From: Candidatus Xenobia bacterium
Lineage (GTDB): Bacteria; Vulcanimicrobiota; Xenobia; Xenobiales; QWHO01
Assembly: GCA_045863235.1 (NCBI GenBank)
Contig: BTUM01000019.1
Span: forward strand, 1 to 64,000
Length of the DNA stretch: 64,000 bases
Reading direction: 5' to 3'
Positions within the stretch are counted from its first letter, which is position 1. Every line of letters starts with the position of its first letter. This document shows positions 54,588 to 63,953 of the stretch, piece after piece. Under the pieces are notes generated by a model, which saw only the letters and a program-made list of their open reading frames with translations, was not told the DNA's origin and ran no database searches. The position numbers and the translations under genes are program-made.

Positions 54588-55033
54588 AACACCTGCTGCT
54601 CTGTCTCCTGTTGATGAGCGCGGCCTGGGCCGGACCCACCTACGAGTTGGTGGGCGCCACGGCCACGCCCACAGCCACGGCCGAGGTCTGGCGAGCTGAA
54701 GTCGAGGGCAAGTTGGTGGTCGTCCTCAAGATCAAAGAGGCTGGCAAGGAGGGTGAGGTCAACTTTGCCATCGAGCCCGCCCAACTGCCTGCTTTTGAGA
54801 AACATTGCGAGACTTTGCTCCAAGAGCGCACCTCTCTCAAGTCAGGTGCCGTCCAGGTCGTGTCCACGATGAAGTCAGGAGCCAACTGGATCGACTTTGC
54901 CCGCGTTCGGGTGGGCAACTCGAGTCCGTGGCGTGTCCTCGTGGTTCACGAAGGCAAACAGGAACGAAGTTTCGTGCTGGACAAAACGAGCTGGTCCAGC
55001 CTCAAGAAGCTGACCAGGAAAGCCAGTCCGTAA
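54584..55033 (+). CDS. Secreted hypothetical protein
   Basis: Signal peptide (SAAWA|G); ATGA overlap with pta. Confidence 0.7.
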   Translation: MKHLLLCLLLMSAAWAGPTYELVGATATPTATAEVWRAEVEGKLVVVLKIKEAGKEGEVNFAIEPAQLPAFEKHCETLLQERTSLKSGAVQVVSTMKSGANWIDFARVRVGNSSPWRVLVVHEGKQERSFVLDKTSWSSLKKLTRKASP

Positions 55034-55547
55034 CCGGGAGCCGCTGCGGAAACGAGCGGTGCAACAGGGCGATCACCCCGATTGGAGTCATGCGGTGATA
55101 GACCCGGTTGACGGGCAGAATCCGCACGTTGGGTCCGCGCTTGCAGTGGTCCATGCAGCCCACCGGCTCGATGACGATCTGATCACCCTGAGGATGGCGT
55201 GAGAGAGCGTCCTGAAGGGCTGCTTTCAGCTCGCGAGCTCCACCCTGACAACAGTTCTTGTGCATGCAGATCTGGATCTTGCCGATCCGCCCGGTCTCAG
55301 GGACGTTCAAAGCTCCTTCGACCAGTGGGATGATCAGACGGGCAACCAGTTGCCCTGCTGTCTCGTCGACAAAGATGCGGACTCGCCGCCCTTTGGTCAA
55401 CCCGGGCTCAAAACTCTGGTGCAGGCCCGGGGGGAGTTGAATGCGTTCCACGACGGTCATGGTCTTGAGCCAGAAACTGGCTGGCTCTTCCTCGTTCAAA
55501 GCGGGACAGAAGCCGAGGATGCTTCCTTCTAGGATCGTTTGTGACAT
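55002..55547 (-). CDS. Thioredoxin-like [2Fe-2S] ferredoxin domain protein (cyanobacterial IdiC-like architecture)
   Basis: C-x4-C...GC-x3-C..GPN motif preceded by a ~90-aa beta-rich N-domain. Confidence 0.75.
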   Translation of the reverse strand: MSQTILEGSILGFCPALNEEEPASFWLKTMTVVERIQLPPGLHQSFEPGLTKGRRVRIFVDETAGQLVARLIIPLVEGALNVPETGRIGKIQICMHKNCCQGGARELKAALQDALSRHPQGDQIVIEPVGCMDHCKRGPNVRILPVNRVYHRMTPIGVIALLHRSFPQRLPVTDWLSWSAS

Positions 55548-55555
55548 CAGTTGGG

Positions 55556-55591
55556 TTAGGTTAGAAAATCCTTCTCCTTAGGTTCACCTAA
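55556..55591. promoter_or_regulatory. DtxR/MntR-family operator candidate
   Basis: TTAGGTTCACCTAA palindrome (55578-91) plus TTAGGTTAG half-site (55556-64) in an AT-rich divergent spacer. Confidence 0.6.
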
Positions 55592-55638
55592 ATTCCTACC
55601 ACAGAGGTCGTGTTCTGTCCAGAGGCGAAGGCCGACCG

Positions 55639-56364
55639 GTGATCGATATCGAGCGCGCAAGCAAGTCCTATCAAGGACGCGAGGCGCTGCATCCTATCTC
55701 CCTCACGGTCCCGGCCGAGCGGAGCCTGGCCTTGATCGGGCCCAGTGGCTGCGGCAAGAGCACCCTGATGCGACTGGTGGTAGGGCTGATCCGCCCCGAC
55801 AGTGGGCAGATCAGCGTGGACGGCATCCCCATGACTCCGAGCACAGCCCGGGAGTTACGTCTGCGGATGGGCTACGTGATTCAGGACGGGGGGCTCTTTC
55901 CCCATCTCACCGTGGCTCACAACGTCACCCTGATGGCCCGCCAGTTACGCTGGGAGAAGGCGCGGATTCAGGAGCGACTGAGCCATCTGGCAGAACTTGT
56001 GCAGCTGCCCCCCGACCTGCTCGGACGCTACCCCGCCCAGTTGAGCGGCGGCCAACGCCAGCGGGTGGGCATCATGCGAGCCCTGATGCTCGATCCGAAG
56101 GTGATTTTGCTGGACGAGCCGATGGGGGCTCTCGACCCCATCGTGCGCAGCCATCTGCAAGAGGACCTCAAGCGCATCTTCCGGGACCTCAAGAAGACCG
56201 TTTTGATGGTGACACACGACATGGGCGAGGCCGCTTACCTGGGCGACGAGATCGCCCTGATGCGCGACGGTGCGATCGTCCAAAAAGGCCCCCTGGACGA
56301 CCTGCGCCAGCGTCCCGCTGACGCCTTCGTCAGCGACTTCCTCAAGGCCCAGAGGGTGCAGTGA
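55639..56364 (+). CDS. Osmoprotectant (OpuC/OsmV-type) ABC ATPase
   Basis: GPSGCGKST, GYVIQDGGLFPH, LSGGQRQR, LDEPMGALDP, VTHD. Confidence 0.9.
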   Translation: MIDIERASKSYQGREALHPISLTVPAERSLALIGPSGCGKSTLMRLVVGLIRPDSGQISVDGIPMTPSTARELRLRMGYVIQDGGLFPHLTVAHNVTLMARQLRWEKARIQERLSHLAELVQLPPDLLGRYPAQLSGGQRQRVGIMRALMLDPKVILLDEPMGALDPIVRSHLQEDLKRIFRDLKKTVLMVTHDMGEAAYLGDEIALMRDGAIVQKGPLDDLRQRPADAFVSDFLKAQRVQ

Positions 56365-57851
56365 GACACTGGCTCTTGTTGTTGATCGCCCTGCTCAGCT
56401 TGCCCGTCTGGGCCGACCCGCCCGTCAAGATCAGGATCGGCTCGAAGGCATTCCCAGAGTCCTGGATCCTGGGCGACGCGCTGACCATCCTGGCCCGCGA
56501 AGCCGGTGCCGACGTGGTGCACCAGGACAATATGGGAGCCACCCAGATCGTTTACGAAGCTCTGCGCCAGGGCAAGATCGACGTCTATCCAGAGTATACC
56601 GGCACGATCTCGGAGGTCTTCCTCAAGGATCTGCCCCACCCGACCACCGGGGTCATGCTCGACGCTTTGGCCCGGGACCGCATCGGGATGAGCTATCCGC
56701 TGGGTTTCAACGATTCTTACGGAATCGCCGTGCGACGCGAAGTCCATGACAAGCTGGGAGTGGTGACCCTCAGCGATCTGGCCCGTCACCCCGAGCTGAT
56801 CCTCGGCCTTACGCCCGAATTCGTAGGTCGCAAGGATGGCTGGGCCCCCCTTCAGGCAGCCTACGACCTCAGACCTCAGCAACTCAAGCAGATGCAGCAC
56901 GAGCTGGGCTACCAGGCACTCTCAGCTGGCAAGCTGGACGCGGTGGACGTCTACACCACCGACGCCCAGATCGCTCGCCTCAACCTGGTGGTATTGCAGG
57001 ACGACAAGCAGTTTTTTCCACGTTACGATGCGGTGCTACTCTACCGCGCCGACCTGCCTCGCAGGGCCCCGGACGCCTGGGGGGCCATGCTGCGCCTGAT
57101 GGGGCAGATCAACGAAGAGCAGATGATCGCCGCCAACGCCCGAGTGGTGCTGGAGAACCAGACGTCGCAAGAGTCTGCCCGCATCCTGCTCAAGGAGTGC
57201 CTGGGGCAGGAGAGCGCGCCCCTGATCGCCGTGCGGGGCTGGGACTGGAGCTCCATCGGGACCAATACCCTGCAGCACCTCTACCTGGTCGCCGCCAGCC
57301 TGCTGGTGGCCATCGCCATCGGGATCCCCCTGGGAGTGCTGGCCTCTCGCTCACCGCTGCTGGCTTCCATGACCCTGACGGGTACCGGGCTGCTGCAAAC
57401 CATCCCGTCGCTGGCCCTGCTCGCGTTCCTGGTACCGATCATGGGCGTGGGCCTGTGGGCCGCCCTGACAGCTCTGTTTCTTTACAGCTTGCTCCCCATC
57501 GTCCGCAACACCTATACCGGCCTGACGACCATCCCGGGAAATCTGGCCGAAGCCGCCGAGGCCATCGGGCTGACACCCCTGTCCCAGTTGCTGGTCGTCC
57601 GACTGCCCATGGCCTCTCCCTCCATCCTGGCAGGCATCAAAACCAGCGCCGTGATCAACGTGGGCACGGCGACCCTGGCCGCCCTGGTGGGAGCCGGGGG
57701 CCTGGGTCAACCGATCCTGCAGGGCATCGCCCTGATCGATACGCCGATGATCCTGCAAGGGGCCATTCCGGCCGCTCTGCTCGCCCTGGCGGTTCAGGGC
57801 GGCTTCGACCTGCTGGAACGATTCGTCGTGCCGCGGGGTTTACGGCTTTGA
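56361..57851 (+). CDS. Fused glycine betaine-type substrate-binding protein and permease
   Basis: Signal peptide, IGSK.F.E, YPEYTGT, YTTD; C-terminal QTIPSLAL and EAA motifs. Confidence 0.9.
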   Translation: MRHWLLLLIALLSLPVWADPPVKIRIGSKAFPESWILGDALTILAREAGADVVHQDNMGATQIVYEALRQGKIDVYPEYTGTISEVFLKDLPHPTTGVMLDALARDRIGMSYPLGFNDSYGIAVRREVHDKLGVVTLSDLARHPELILGLTPEFVGRKDGWAPLQAAYDLRPQQLKQMQHELGYQALSAGKLDAVDVYTTDAQIARLNLVVLQDDKQFFPRYDAVLLYRADLPRRAPDAWGAMLRLMGQINEEQMIAANARVVLENQTSQESARILLKECLGQESAPLIAVRGWDWSSIGTNTLQHLYLVAASLLVAIAIGIPLGVLASRSPLLASMTLTGTGLLQTIPSLALLAFLVPIMGVGLWAALTALFLYSLLPIVRNTYTGLTTIPGNLAEAAEAIGLTPLSQLLVVRLPMASPSILAGIKTSAVINVGTATLAALVGAGGLGQPILQGIALIDTPMILQGAIPAALLALAVQGGFDLLERFVVPRGLRL

Positions 57852-57856
57852 TTCCC

Positions 57857-57907
57857 TAGCAGAGTGATGCAAGAGTTCCTCGAAAGGGCTTTTGCATCAG
57901 CCTGCTA
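57857..57907. terminator. Long hairpin between convergent genes
   Basis: tagcag..tgatgcaa / ttgcatca..ctgcta arms. Confidence 0.6.
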
Positions 57908-58624
57908 CGCGTAAGCGGTCGACTTGGCCGCGTTGTAAGTAGCCCAGTGGCTACCCTGGCCGTTGGCGATGGCCCAGGCGCACACCAGAGCCTGCTGGCG
58001 CCAGTCCATCCAGTTGAGCTCACCCAGGCCTTCCCAGGCCTTCGGGTTGGCGGCCTTCGCCTTGGGAGCCATGCTCTTGAAAGTCGGCTCGATGAACTGG
58101 AACATCCCCTTGGAGGGGGTTCCCTTCTTGGCGTTGGAGTCCCAGTTGTTGACCGCGTCAGCCTTGAAGTTAGACTCGCGGCGCGCGATCTCTTTGAGGA
58201 CTTTGGGATCGGCCCCGTAAGCCGCGGCGGCACTCTGAATGAAACTGTCGATCTCGCCCTGGTCCTTGGGCTGGGCTGAGGCGTTGGCGCTGCTGGCCCC
58301 CGAGCTGCCAGTGCTGGCCCCCGAGCTACCGCTGCTGCTGCTGCTGCTGCCGGTGCTGCCCCCCGACGACCCCACCGGAGAGTTGCCACCAGCGCTGGCC
58401 AAACCCTTAGCCAGCTGGGCCATCTGCTGATTGGACTGGCCCACCATTAATTGAGCCAGCAATTGGAGCATGCTCGATTGCATAGCCATCATCTCATAGT
58501 TGAAGCCGAGCAGGCTGCTGCCTCCCAGGGCTCGCGCGCTGGCCAGGCCAAGGTTGCCTAATGCGCCGGTCCCGGGAAGGCCAAGGTTCTGAGTCAGGGG
58601 ACTAAGTGCGGAAATTGCGTCCAT
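57905..58624 (-). CDS. SLT/lysozyme-like transglycosylase domain protein with low-complexity N-terminus
   Basis: RESNF...AVNNWDSNAKKGTPSKGMFQF..PTF; AGGAGG RBS; no signal peptide. Confidence 0.8.
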   Translation of the reverse strand: MDAISALSPLTQNLGLPGTGALGNLGLASARALGGSSLLGFNYEMMAMQSSMLQLLAQLMVGQSNQQMAQLAKGLASAGGNSPVGSSGGSTGSSSSSSGSSGASTGSSGASSANASAQPKDQGEIDSFIQSAAAAYGADPKVLKEIARRESNFKADAVNNWDSNAKKGTPSKGMFQFIEPTFKSMAPKAKAANPKAWEGLGELNWMDWRQQALVCAWAIANGQGSHWATYNAAKSTAYA

Positions 58625-58719
58625 CGTTCATCCTCCTGCTCTCAGATTAGCCAGTGGGCGACAGAAGGAGCAGTCAGCAAAAATGAACTTCGTGTAACAG
58701 CTGTGTCCTGGGAGTGAAC

Positions 58720-60786
58720 TTATTGCTTGGGTCCCAGCTCAACCAGCAGCGCTTGCGCCCCATACAGCCTGTCCAGTGCCTCCAGCACGGCCTTGGAATG
58801 GACGGCGATGTGGCGCGCCTGCTGGTCGGTATAAACGAAGTTGCGCACCAACCCGTAGCGGTTCCGGTCAAAGTTGATCCCCACCAGCTGGCCGGCCCGG
58901 TTGATGACCGGACTGCCCGAATTGCCCCCGATGGTGTCAGCCGTGGAAACGAAGTCGAAGGGGGTTTGCAGGTTCAAGCGAGCCTTGCCCTCCAGCCAGC
59001 GGACTGGCAGTTGGAAGGGAGCCGCGTTATGATGTTCGGCAGCCAGTTGGAAGGCCTCGCCGAAGGTCGTGAACCAGGGAACCTCCTTGCCTCCAACCTG
59101 ATAGCCCCCCACGCGACCGTAAGCCAACCGCAAGGAAAAGGTGGCGTCGGGGGCCATGGTGGGACCATCGAGGGTGAACATCCCCCGGGCGATCTGGGCG
59201 TAGGCACGCCGCTCAGGCTCTTCGACCTCGCTCTCCATGCGCTTGCGCAGGGCGCGGGAACGCCCATCCACGGCCAGTGCCAGCTGGATCATGGCATCCT
59301 TCTCCCGGGCCAGGGAATCCGCGTCCAGACCGGCCAATCGCTTGCGCTCGGCCACTTCGAAAAGACGCGTCCCGGCAACCAGCTCGGCCGCCCGAAGCTC
59401 GGGCGAGAGAGGACCCAGAGCCTGGCGTAGAGTGGGCTCCTCGCCGCCCAGCACCTCGGCCGCGAAAGTCAGCGAGTCGGCCAACCGGACCCTCTCCAGG
59501 TCGGGCTCGATCGGTGCCGGTGAAAACAGGGTCAATTCGAGTGACTCCAGCGCCGTGTCCCGGTATTCGCGCAACCGCTGGTCGCTGGGTAGCGGACGCT
59601 CGGCAGCCAGACGCACCAGATGACGTGCGATGGCAAACAGCTCCGAGTCGAAGGCGTTGGCCTGCTCGAAGAGGGAATGCTCGCGCTCGAAGGAGGTCAA
59701 AGCCTTCTGGCTGCGCGCAATCTCCTGAAAGGCCAGATTGGCCTCCGGCAGCTGGCGCTGGAAGCGCTCTTGCAGGCTCTTCTGAGCCGCCCGTTTGGCG
59801 GCCATGATGTTGTCGTTCAGGAGGCCCTGGAACTGGCCGGCGTAGGCTTTGCGAGCATTGGCGACGCTGTAGAGCTCTCCCTGAGCCTGGCGAGCCTGCT
59901 CGGGACCAAGCTGGGCATACTGAAGCAGGTTGGCCTCGGCATGACGGACCCGGGCCAGCCGGTAAGGCAGCGTCAGGTCGCGCAGGTGCTCGAGTCGCTC
60001 GACGGTATCCAGGCGGTTGGTGCGGCCGGGATTACCGACCACGAAGACCAGCTCGCCGGCCTGGGGCCCGGCCGGGTTGAAGGGTAGAAAATCGGGCGTA
60101 ACAGCCGGCTTGCCGTTCTCGTAGACGCGAAAGAAGCACACGTCGAAGTTGTAGCGCGGATACTCGAAATTGTGGGCATCTCCCCCGAAGAAAGCGATGG
60201 CTTGCTCCGGAGCCATCACCAGCCGCACATCGGTGTACTTCTTGAAGCGGTAAAGGTGATAAGCGCCGCCCTGATAGAGGGTGATGATGTCGCTGCGCAG
60301 GCCGGTCCGGTCGGCCGACTCCTTCTCAATTGCGGCCATGGCTGCGCTGCGCGCCCCGGCCGCCTGGTCGGGGGGTATGCCTGGCTTGACGGCGGCCTCC
60401 ACGCGCTCGGTCACGTCCTCGATCTCCAGCAAAACGTTGAGCTCGAGGTCGGCGCAGGGCAACTCTTCGGCCCGCGTCCGGGCCAGATAACCCTGCTGCA
60501 CCAGGTCTCGCTGGGGGGTGCTGAGCTTCTGGAGAGCATCGGCCCCGATGTGATGATTTGTGACCACCAGGCCCTCGGGACTCACGAACGAGCCCGAGCC
60601 TCCGTTGTTGAAGCGAACCGCCGCCCGCATCACCCGCTGCAGCCAGGCATCGGTCAGCTCGAAACCATAGTCGCGCTTGATCCGCTCTTTAGGAGGAGCG
60701 TTCAGCAGCCACATGCCCTCGTCGGCCTGGCCAGGGGCCGTTAGTGCCAGAGTCAGGCTCAGCAGAGCGCCCAGCAAGACCTTCAT
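58720..60786 (-). CDS. S46 family peptidase (DPP7/DPP11-like)
   Basis: ADEGMW, SFVSPEGLVVTNHH, FFGGD..NFEYPR, GGNSGSPV, GINFD. Confidence 0.93.
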   Translation of the reverse strand: MKVLLGALLSLTLALTAPGQADEGMWLLNAPPKERIKRDYGFELTDAWLQRVMRAAVRFNNGGSGSFVSPEGLVVTNHHIGADALQKLSTPQRDLVQQGYLARTRAEELPCADLELNVLLEIEDVTERVEAAVKPGIPPDQAAGARSAAMAAIEKESADRTGLRSDIITLYQGGAYHLYRFKKYTDVRLVMAPEQAIAFFGGDAHNFEYPRYNFDVCFFRVYENGKPAVTPDFLPFNPAGPQAGELVFVVGNPGRTNRLDTVERLEHLRDLTLPYRLARVRHAEANLLQYAQLGPEQARQAQGELYSVANARKAYAGQFQGLLNDNIMAAKRAAQKSLQERFQRQLPEANLAFQEIARSQKALTSFEREHSLFEQANAFDSELFAIARHLVRLAAERPLPSDQRLREYRDTALESLELTLFSPAPIEPDLERVRLADSLTFAAEVLGGEEPTLRQALGPLSPELRAAELVAGTRLFEVAERKRLAGLDADSLAREKDAMIQLALAVDGRSRALRKRMESEVEEPERRAYAQIARGMFTLDGPTMAPDATFSLRLAYGRVGGYQVGGKEVPWFTTFGEAFQLAAEHHNAAPFQLPVRWLEGKARLNLQTPFDFVSTADTIGGNSGSPVINRAGQLVGINFDRNRYGLVRNFVYTDQQARHIAVHSKAVLEALDRLYGAQALLVELGPKQ

Positions 60787-61691
60787 CGCAAGCTATCCTT
60801 TCGGGTGAGTCGGGCGACTCCGGGAGCGGGCCGCTCGGTCAGCACTTCACGGCGGAACCGAAACAGCTCGGCCGGGCGACCGCGCGTTCGAGTGCTGGCA
60901 CCGGTCCCCTCGACCAACCCGGCATTCTCCACCAGACGCCGAAAGTTCTGCTTGTGCAGCCGCACTCCCGCCAGAGCCTCCACGGCGCTCTGAAGCTGGA
61001 AGAGGGTGAAGACCTCCGGCAAGAGCTCGAAGATCACCGGACGATATTTGATCTTGCCCCGGATCCGCCCCAACGCGGTTGCCAGCATGCGGCGATGATC
61101 GACGGCCATAGCCTGACCAAGCCGCTGCATCGGCTCGGCTGCCTCGGCCACCAACCGGGCCTCGTACAGGAGCTCGTATCGCTCCAGGACGCGCTCCTCG
61201 TCCCAGGCCGCCCCGCTCAAACCGAAAGCGATCAGGGCTCGCTCGCGACGAGCGGGCTGGCCATGCGACCACTCCCGCATCGAAAGCTCGATCTCCTGGA
61301 GGATCTGCGGCCGACCCTGGCGCCAGTCTTCCCAGGGCAGGAAGCCGTAGACCGCGGCCCAGTGAGCCGAGAAGGCCGGGGCCACGGCCATCTCTCGCAC
61401 CAGCGCCAGATACGCTACCGCCAGCGAGCGCTCACCCGTTTCCCGCTCGCGCGGATCGCGAAAGCGGTCGGCGAAGGTATAAAGTTGCTCGACGTAGCCC
61501 ACCTCTAAACCCGCCCGGGCAAGTACCCAGCGACGCAGAGCGCGTTCCAGGGTTGTGTCGCCGGTCGGGTCAAGAGAGCCGAAAGGAAGCGCTTCGACCG
61601 ATTCCAGGTCGCGCACGGTCAGCACACGCGGCTGCTCGCCAGTCACCGCCAGGATCACGGCCGTCAGACCTACGTCGATACGATCGGTCAC
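60783..61691 (-). CDS. NadQ/NrtR-like NUDIX-winged helix regulator
   Basis: YVEQLYTFADR, YGFLPWEDWR, VLERYELLYEA, DHRRMLATALGR.RGKIKYRP, LHKQNFRRLV, GRPAELFRF. Confidence 0.85.
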   Translation of the reverse strand: MTDRIDVGLTAVILAVTGEQPRVLTVRDLESVEALPFGSLDPTGDTTLERALRRWVLARAGLEVGYVEQLYTFADRFRDPRERETGERSLAVAYLALVREMAVAPAFSAHWAAVYGFLPWEDWRQGRPQILQEIELSMREWSHGQPARRERALIAFGLSGAAWDEERVLERYELLYEARLVAEAAEPMQRLGQAMAVDHRRMLATALGRIRGKIKYRPVIFELLPEVFTLFQLQSAVEALAGVRLHKQNFRRLVENAGLVEGTGASTRTRGRPAELFRFRREVLTERPAPGVARLTRKDSLR

Positions 61692-61697
61692 GATGGA

Positions 61698-62375
61698 TCA
61701 GGGAGCTGACTCGATCGGCACCGTCTCAATGTCTACCCGGTTGGTCTTCTCATCATACTGCACTTTGACGGTATATTCGTGGTTACCGGGCTTGAGGGGT
61801 ACCGTGACCTCGACCTTGTTCAGCCGGCTGCCGGTCGTCAGGCGCTGAATCTTGCCGTTGTTGTTGATCACCATCGTGTTAAGAAAGTCAGGGCCGACGC
61901 CGGTGTAGAGATACGGTTCCCCCCAGGCGGCTCCATGAGTTCCCTCGTAACGATCGGGCCGGATGCGGAGCTGCAACAACTGCATTTTGGCGACGGACAC
62001 TCGAACCAGTTCGGGAGTCTCACCAGAGCGGATGGTGTCGCTGGTATACAGGCAGCTACCGTCCGCCCAGACTTCGAAGACCGCCGCCCTGCCCTCGGGC
62101 GTGCCGGTGACGTAACCAACTCTGGCCTCGAAGGCGTCAAACTTGCCATCGAGCTTGTAGGTCATAACGGAATCGTGAGCCCCTCCGAGACCCTGGATGG
62201 AACCAGCCACGCTCTCGTCGCCCTTTCCCATCTTCACGCGGTTATAATCCCAGACCGCATTCTCGAAGGCCTCGCGGGGCATGTGCACGACCGGTGTCTT
62301 AGAAAGCTCGGCCCGAGCTGAACCGGCGCCCAGCGCCAGGACCAGGGCCAGGCCGAGCAAGAAGTGCTTGAGCAT
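61698..62375 (-). CDS. Secreted NPCBM/NEW2-like domain protein
   Basis: Signal peptide; Y.LDGKFDAFEARVG, VFEVWADG, L.LR, AAWGEP.L; GGAGG RBS before ATG 62375. Confidence 0.75.
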   Translation of the reverse strand: MLKHFLLGLALVLALGAGSARAELSKTPVVHMPREAFENAVWDYNRVKMGKGDESVAGSIQGLGGAHDSVMTYKLDGKFDAFEARVGYVTGTPEGRAAVFEVWADGSCLYTSDTIRSGETPELVRVSVAKMQLLQLRIRPDRYEGTHGAAWGEPYLYTGVGPDFLNTMVINNNGKIQRLTTGSRLNKVEVTVPLKPGNHEYTVKVQYDEKTNRVDIETVPIESAP

Positions 62376-62618
62376 AAAGAACCCTCCCAGTTGAAGAACC
62401 GCCGGTCTCGAAGTTAGCGACGACAGGAGCGGTCTAAAAATTCTCAACCGGTCGAACCTGTCACGCGGCCACTCGGCCGGCGCCCCGAGGTCAAAACTGT
62501 TGAGCGTTAAGTGATGAAGGCTCTGCCCATCCTTCGGGCGCCTCCAAACAAATCCAGCGGTGCAGGCTTCTGCAAGACCTCATCACTTCACTTCAGTTCT
62601 TGGACTTGAGAGCGATTC

Positions 62619-63953
62619 CTATCGCTTCTTGGAGCGAGTCTGCCACTGCATGACCTCGCGCCCCTGCCGCCTCAGCTGCTCGTAACCCTCGGTGTCGCTA
62701 CGGCGCCACACCCGGGAAAGATCATCGAGCAACCGCGCCAGGAAGGTGCGGTCGACCTGGGGAGTGTCGCTGCCCCCCGATTGGCGCCACAGGGTCGTAC
62801 GGGGTCCCTCTCCAGTCTGCTCGGAGTAAACGCCGTTGCGCCCTCGCTCGATGGAAGCCTCCACCCGCTCGTCGCGCTCGGGGGCGAGGCGCAGAAAGGC
62901 CGGCAGCGAGCGGTCCGGCTGCCTGGCGAGAAGATACAGCCCCATGCGAGCCCGAGTGGCCAGACCGTCCTCCCCCAGCGCCAGCGCCAGACCCAGACCC
63001 GAGAGGTAGTGCTGGCGGGCGGCCGTACTCAACTCGGGTCCCAGCGAGCGGGATGTCTCGGCCTGGTGCAGATGGTAGCGAGCCAGGCCCAGACCGTAAT
63101 CGTGCTCTCGCTTTAGCCGCAGGGCCCGCTCGAGAAAGGCCGAGGCTTCGTCGAACAGAGCGCTGCGTGTCTCGATGCTGGGCCCGTCGAACTCGTCCAA
63201 CTCGCTTTCTTGGGCCCTCCGCAGGGCCATCCAGCCCAATCGGTAGAGAATATCCGATTCTTGCTTACGGTTGTTCATTCGCCGGTAGCCCTCGGAGGCA
63301 TAGCGATACCATTCGCGAGCCTGCTCGTTGGCGTGCCGGGTCTCGTAGGAATTGGCCAGCTGCAAGGTGACATGCGTCTCCAGCTCGAGGTGGCCGCGTC
63401 CCCCTTCATCGAGGGCTTTCTGGCAGGTTCGAATGGAGTCGGCCACCCGTCCCAGGTCGTAGAGCACGCTGGCCGTGTTGAACAGGGCGGCGGCTCGATT
63501 GTAAGAATGCTCCAGCCTTTCGTAGCGGGAGGCAGCATTGCGAAACAGACGCAAAGCCTCGGTCTTCTTGCCCTGCCGATCGAGCAGGATTCCCAGTTCC
63601 ATGCAGAGTTCGGCGGCGCGCAGGGGCTTGAGACGACTGCGGCGATACTGCTCGAACAGCCTGCGCATCGCCAGAATGGCTTCTTCCTGAAGCCCCTCGG
63701 CTTCCAACCAACGAATGCGCTTTCGCTCCAACCGATAGAGCAGCTCGGCCTGCTCGGAGACGACTTCCTCAGCCAGCATCAGCCAGCGCCGAGCGGCCGT
63801 ACGGTGGCCCTGGGCCATCAGCACGTCCACGTGGGCCAGCGCCTGCTCCAAGAGCTGCGTCTTCGCCTCGGGGGTGAGGTCTTGTGCGATTTCCCGGCGG
63901 CGCTCCGCCTCCATCGGGATCAGGTCCCGCCACTGAAGGTCGTCCCTCGTCAT
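62619..63953 (-). CDS. Tetratricopeptide-repeat protein
   Basis: Repeated helical units (ELGILL...GK..EA, NTASVLYDLG, QLANSY, YRLGWMA). Confidence 0.75.
   Translation of the reverse strand: MTRDDLQWRDLIPMEAERRREIAQDLTPEAKTQLLEQALAHVDVLMAQGHRTAARRWLMLAEEVVSEQAELLYRLERKRIRWLEAEGLQEEAILAMRRLFEQYRRSRLKPLRAAELCMELGILLDRQGKKTEALRLFRNAASRYERLEHSYNRAAALFNTASVLYDLGRVADSIRTCQKALDEGGRGHLELETHVTLQLANSYETRHANEQAREWYRYASEGYRRMNNRKQESDILYRLGWMALRRAQESELDEFDGPSIETRSALFDEASAFLERALRLKREHDYGLGLARYHLHQAETSRSLGPELSTAARQHYLSGLGLALALGEDGLATRARMGLYLLARQPDRSLPAFLRLAPERDERVEASIERGRNGVYSEQTGEGPRTTLWRQSGGSDTPQVDRTFLARLLDDLSRVWRRSDTEGYEQLRRQGREVMQWQTRSKKR

Noticed and set aside
57905..58624. Prophage remnant suggested by the tape-measure-type SLT motif
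   Set aside because: No phage genes, integrase or compositional shift nearby.
62357..62377. NadQ box at the head of the NadQ-containing operon
   Set aside because: Only one half-site (tgagcataa), which is explained by the NPCBM gene's start codon context.
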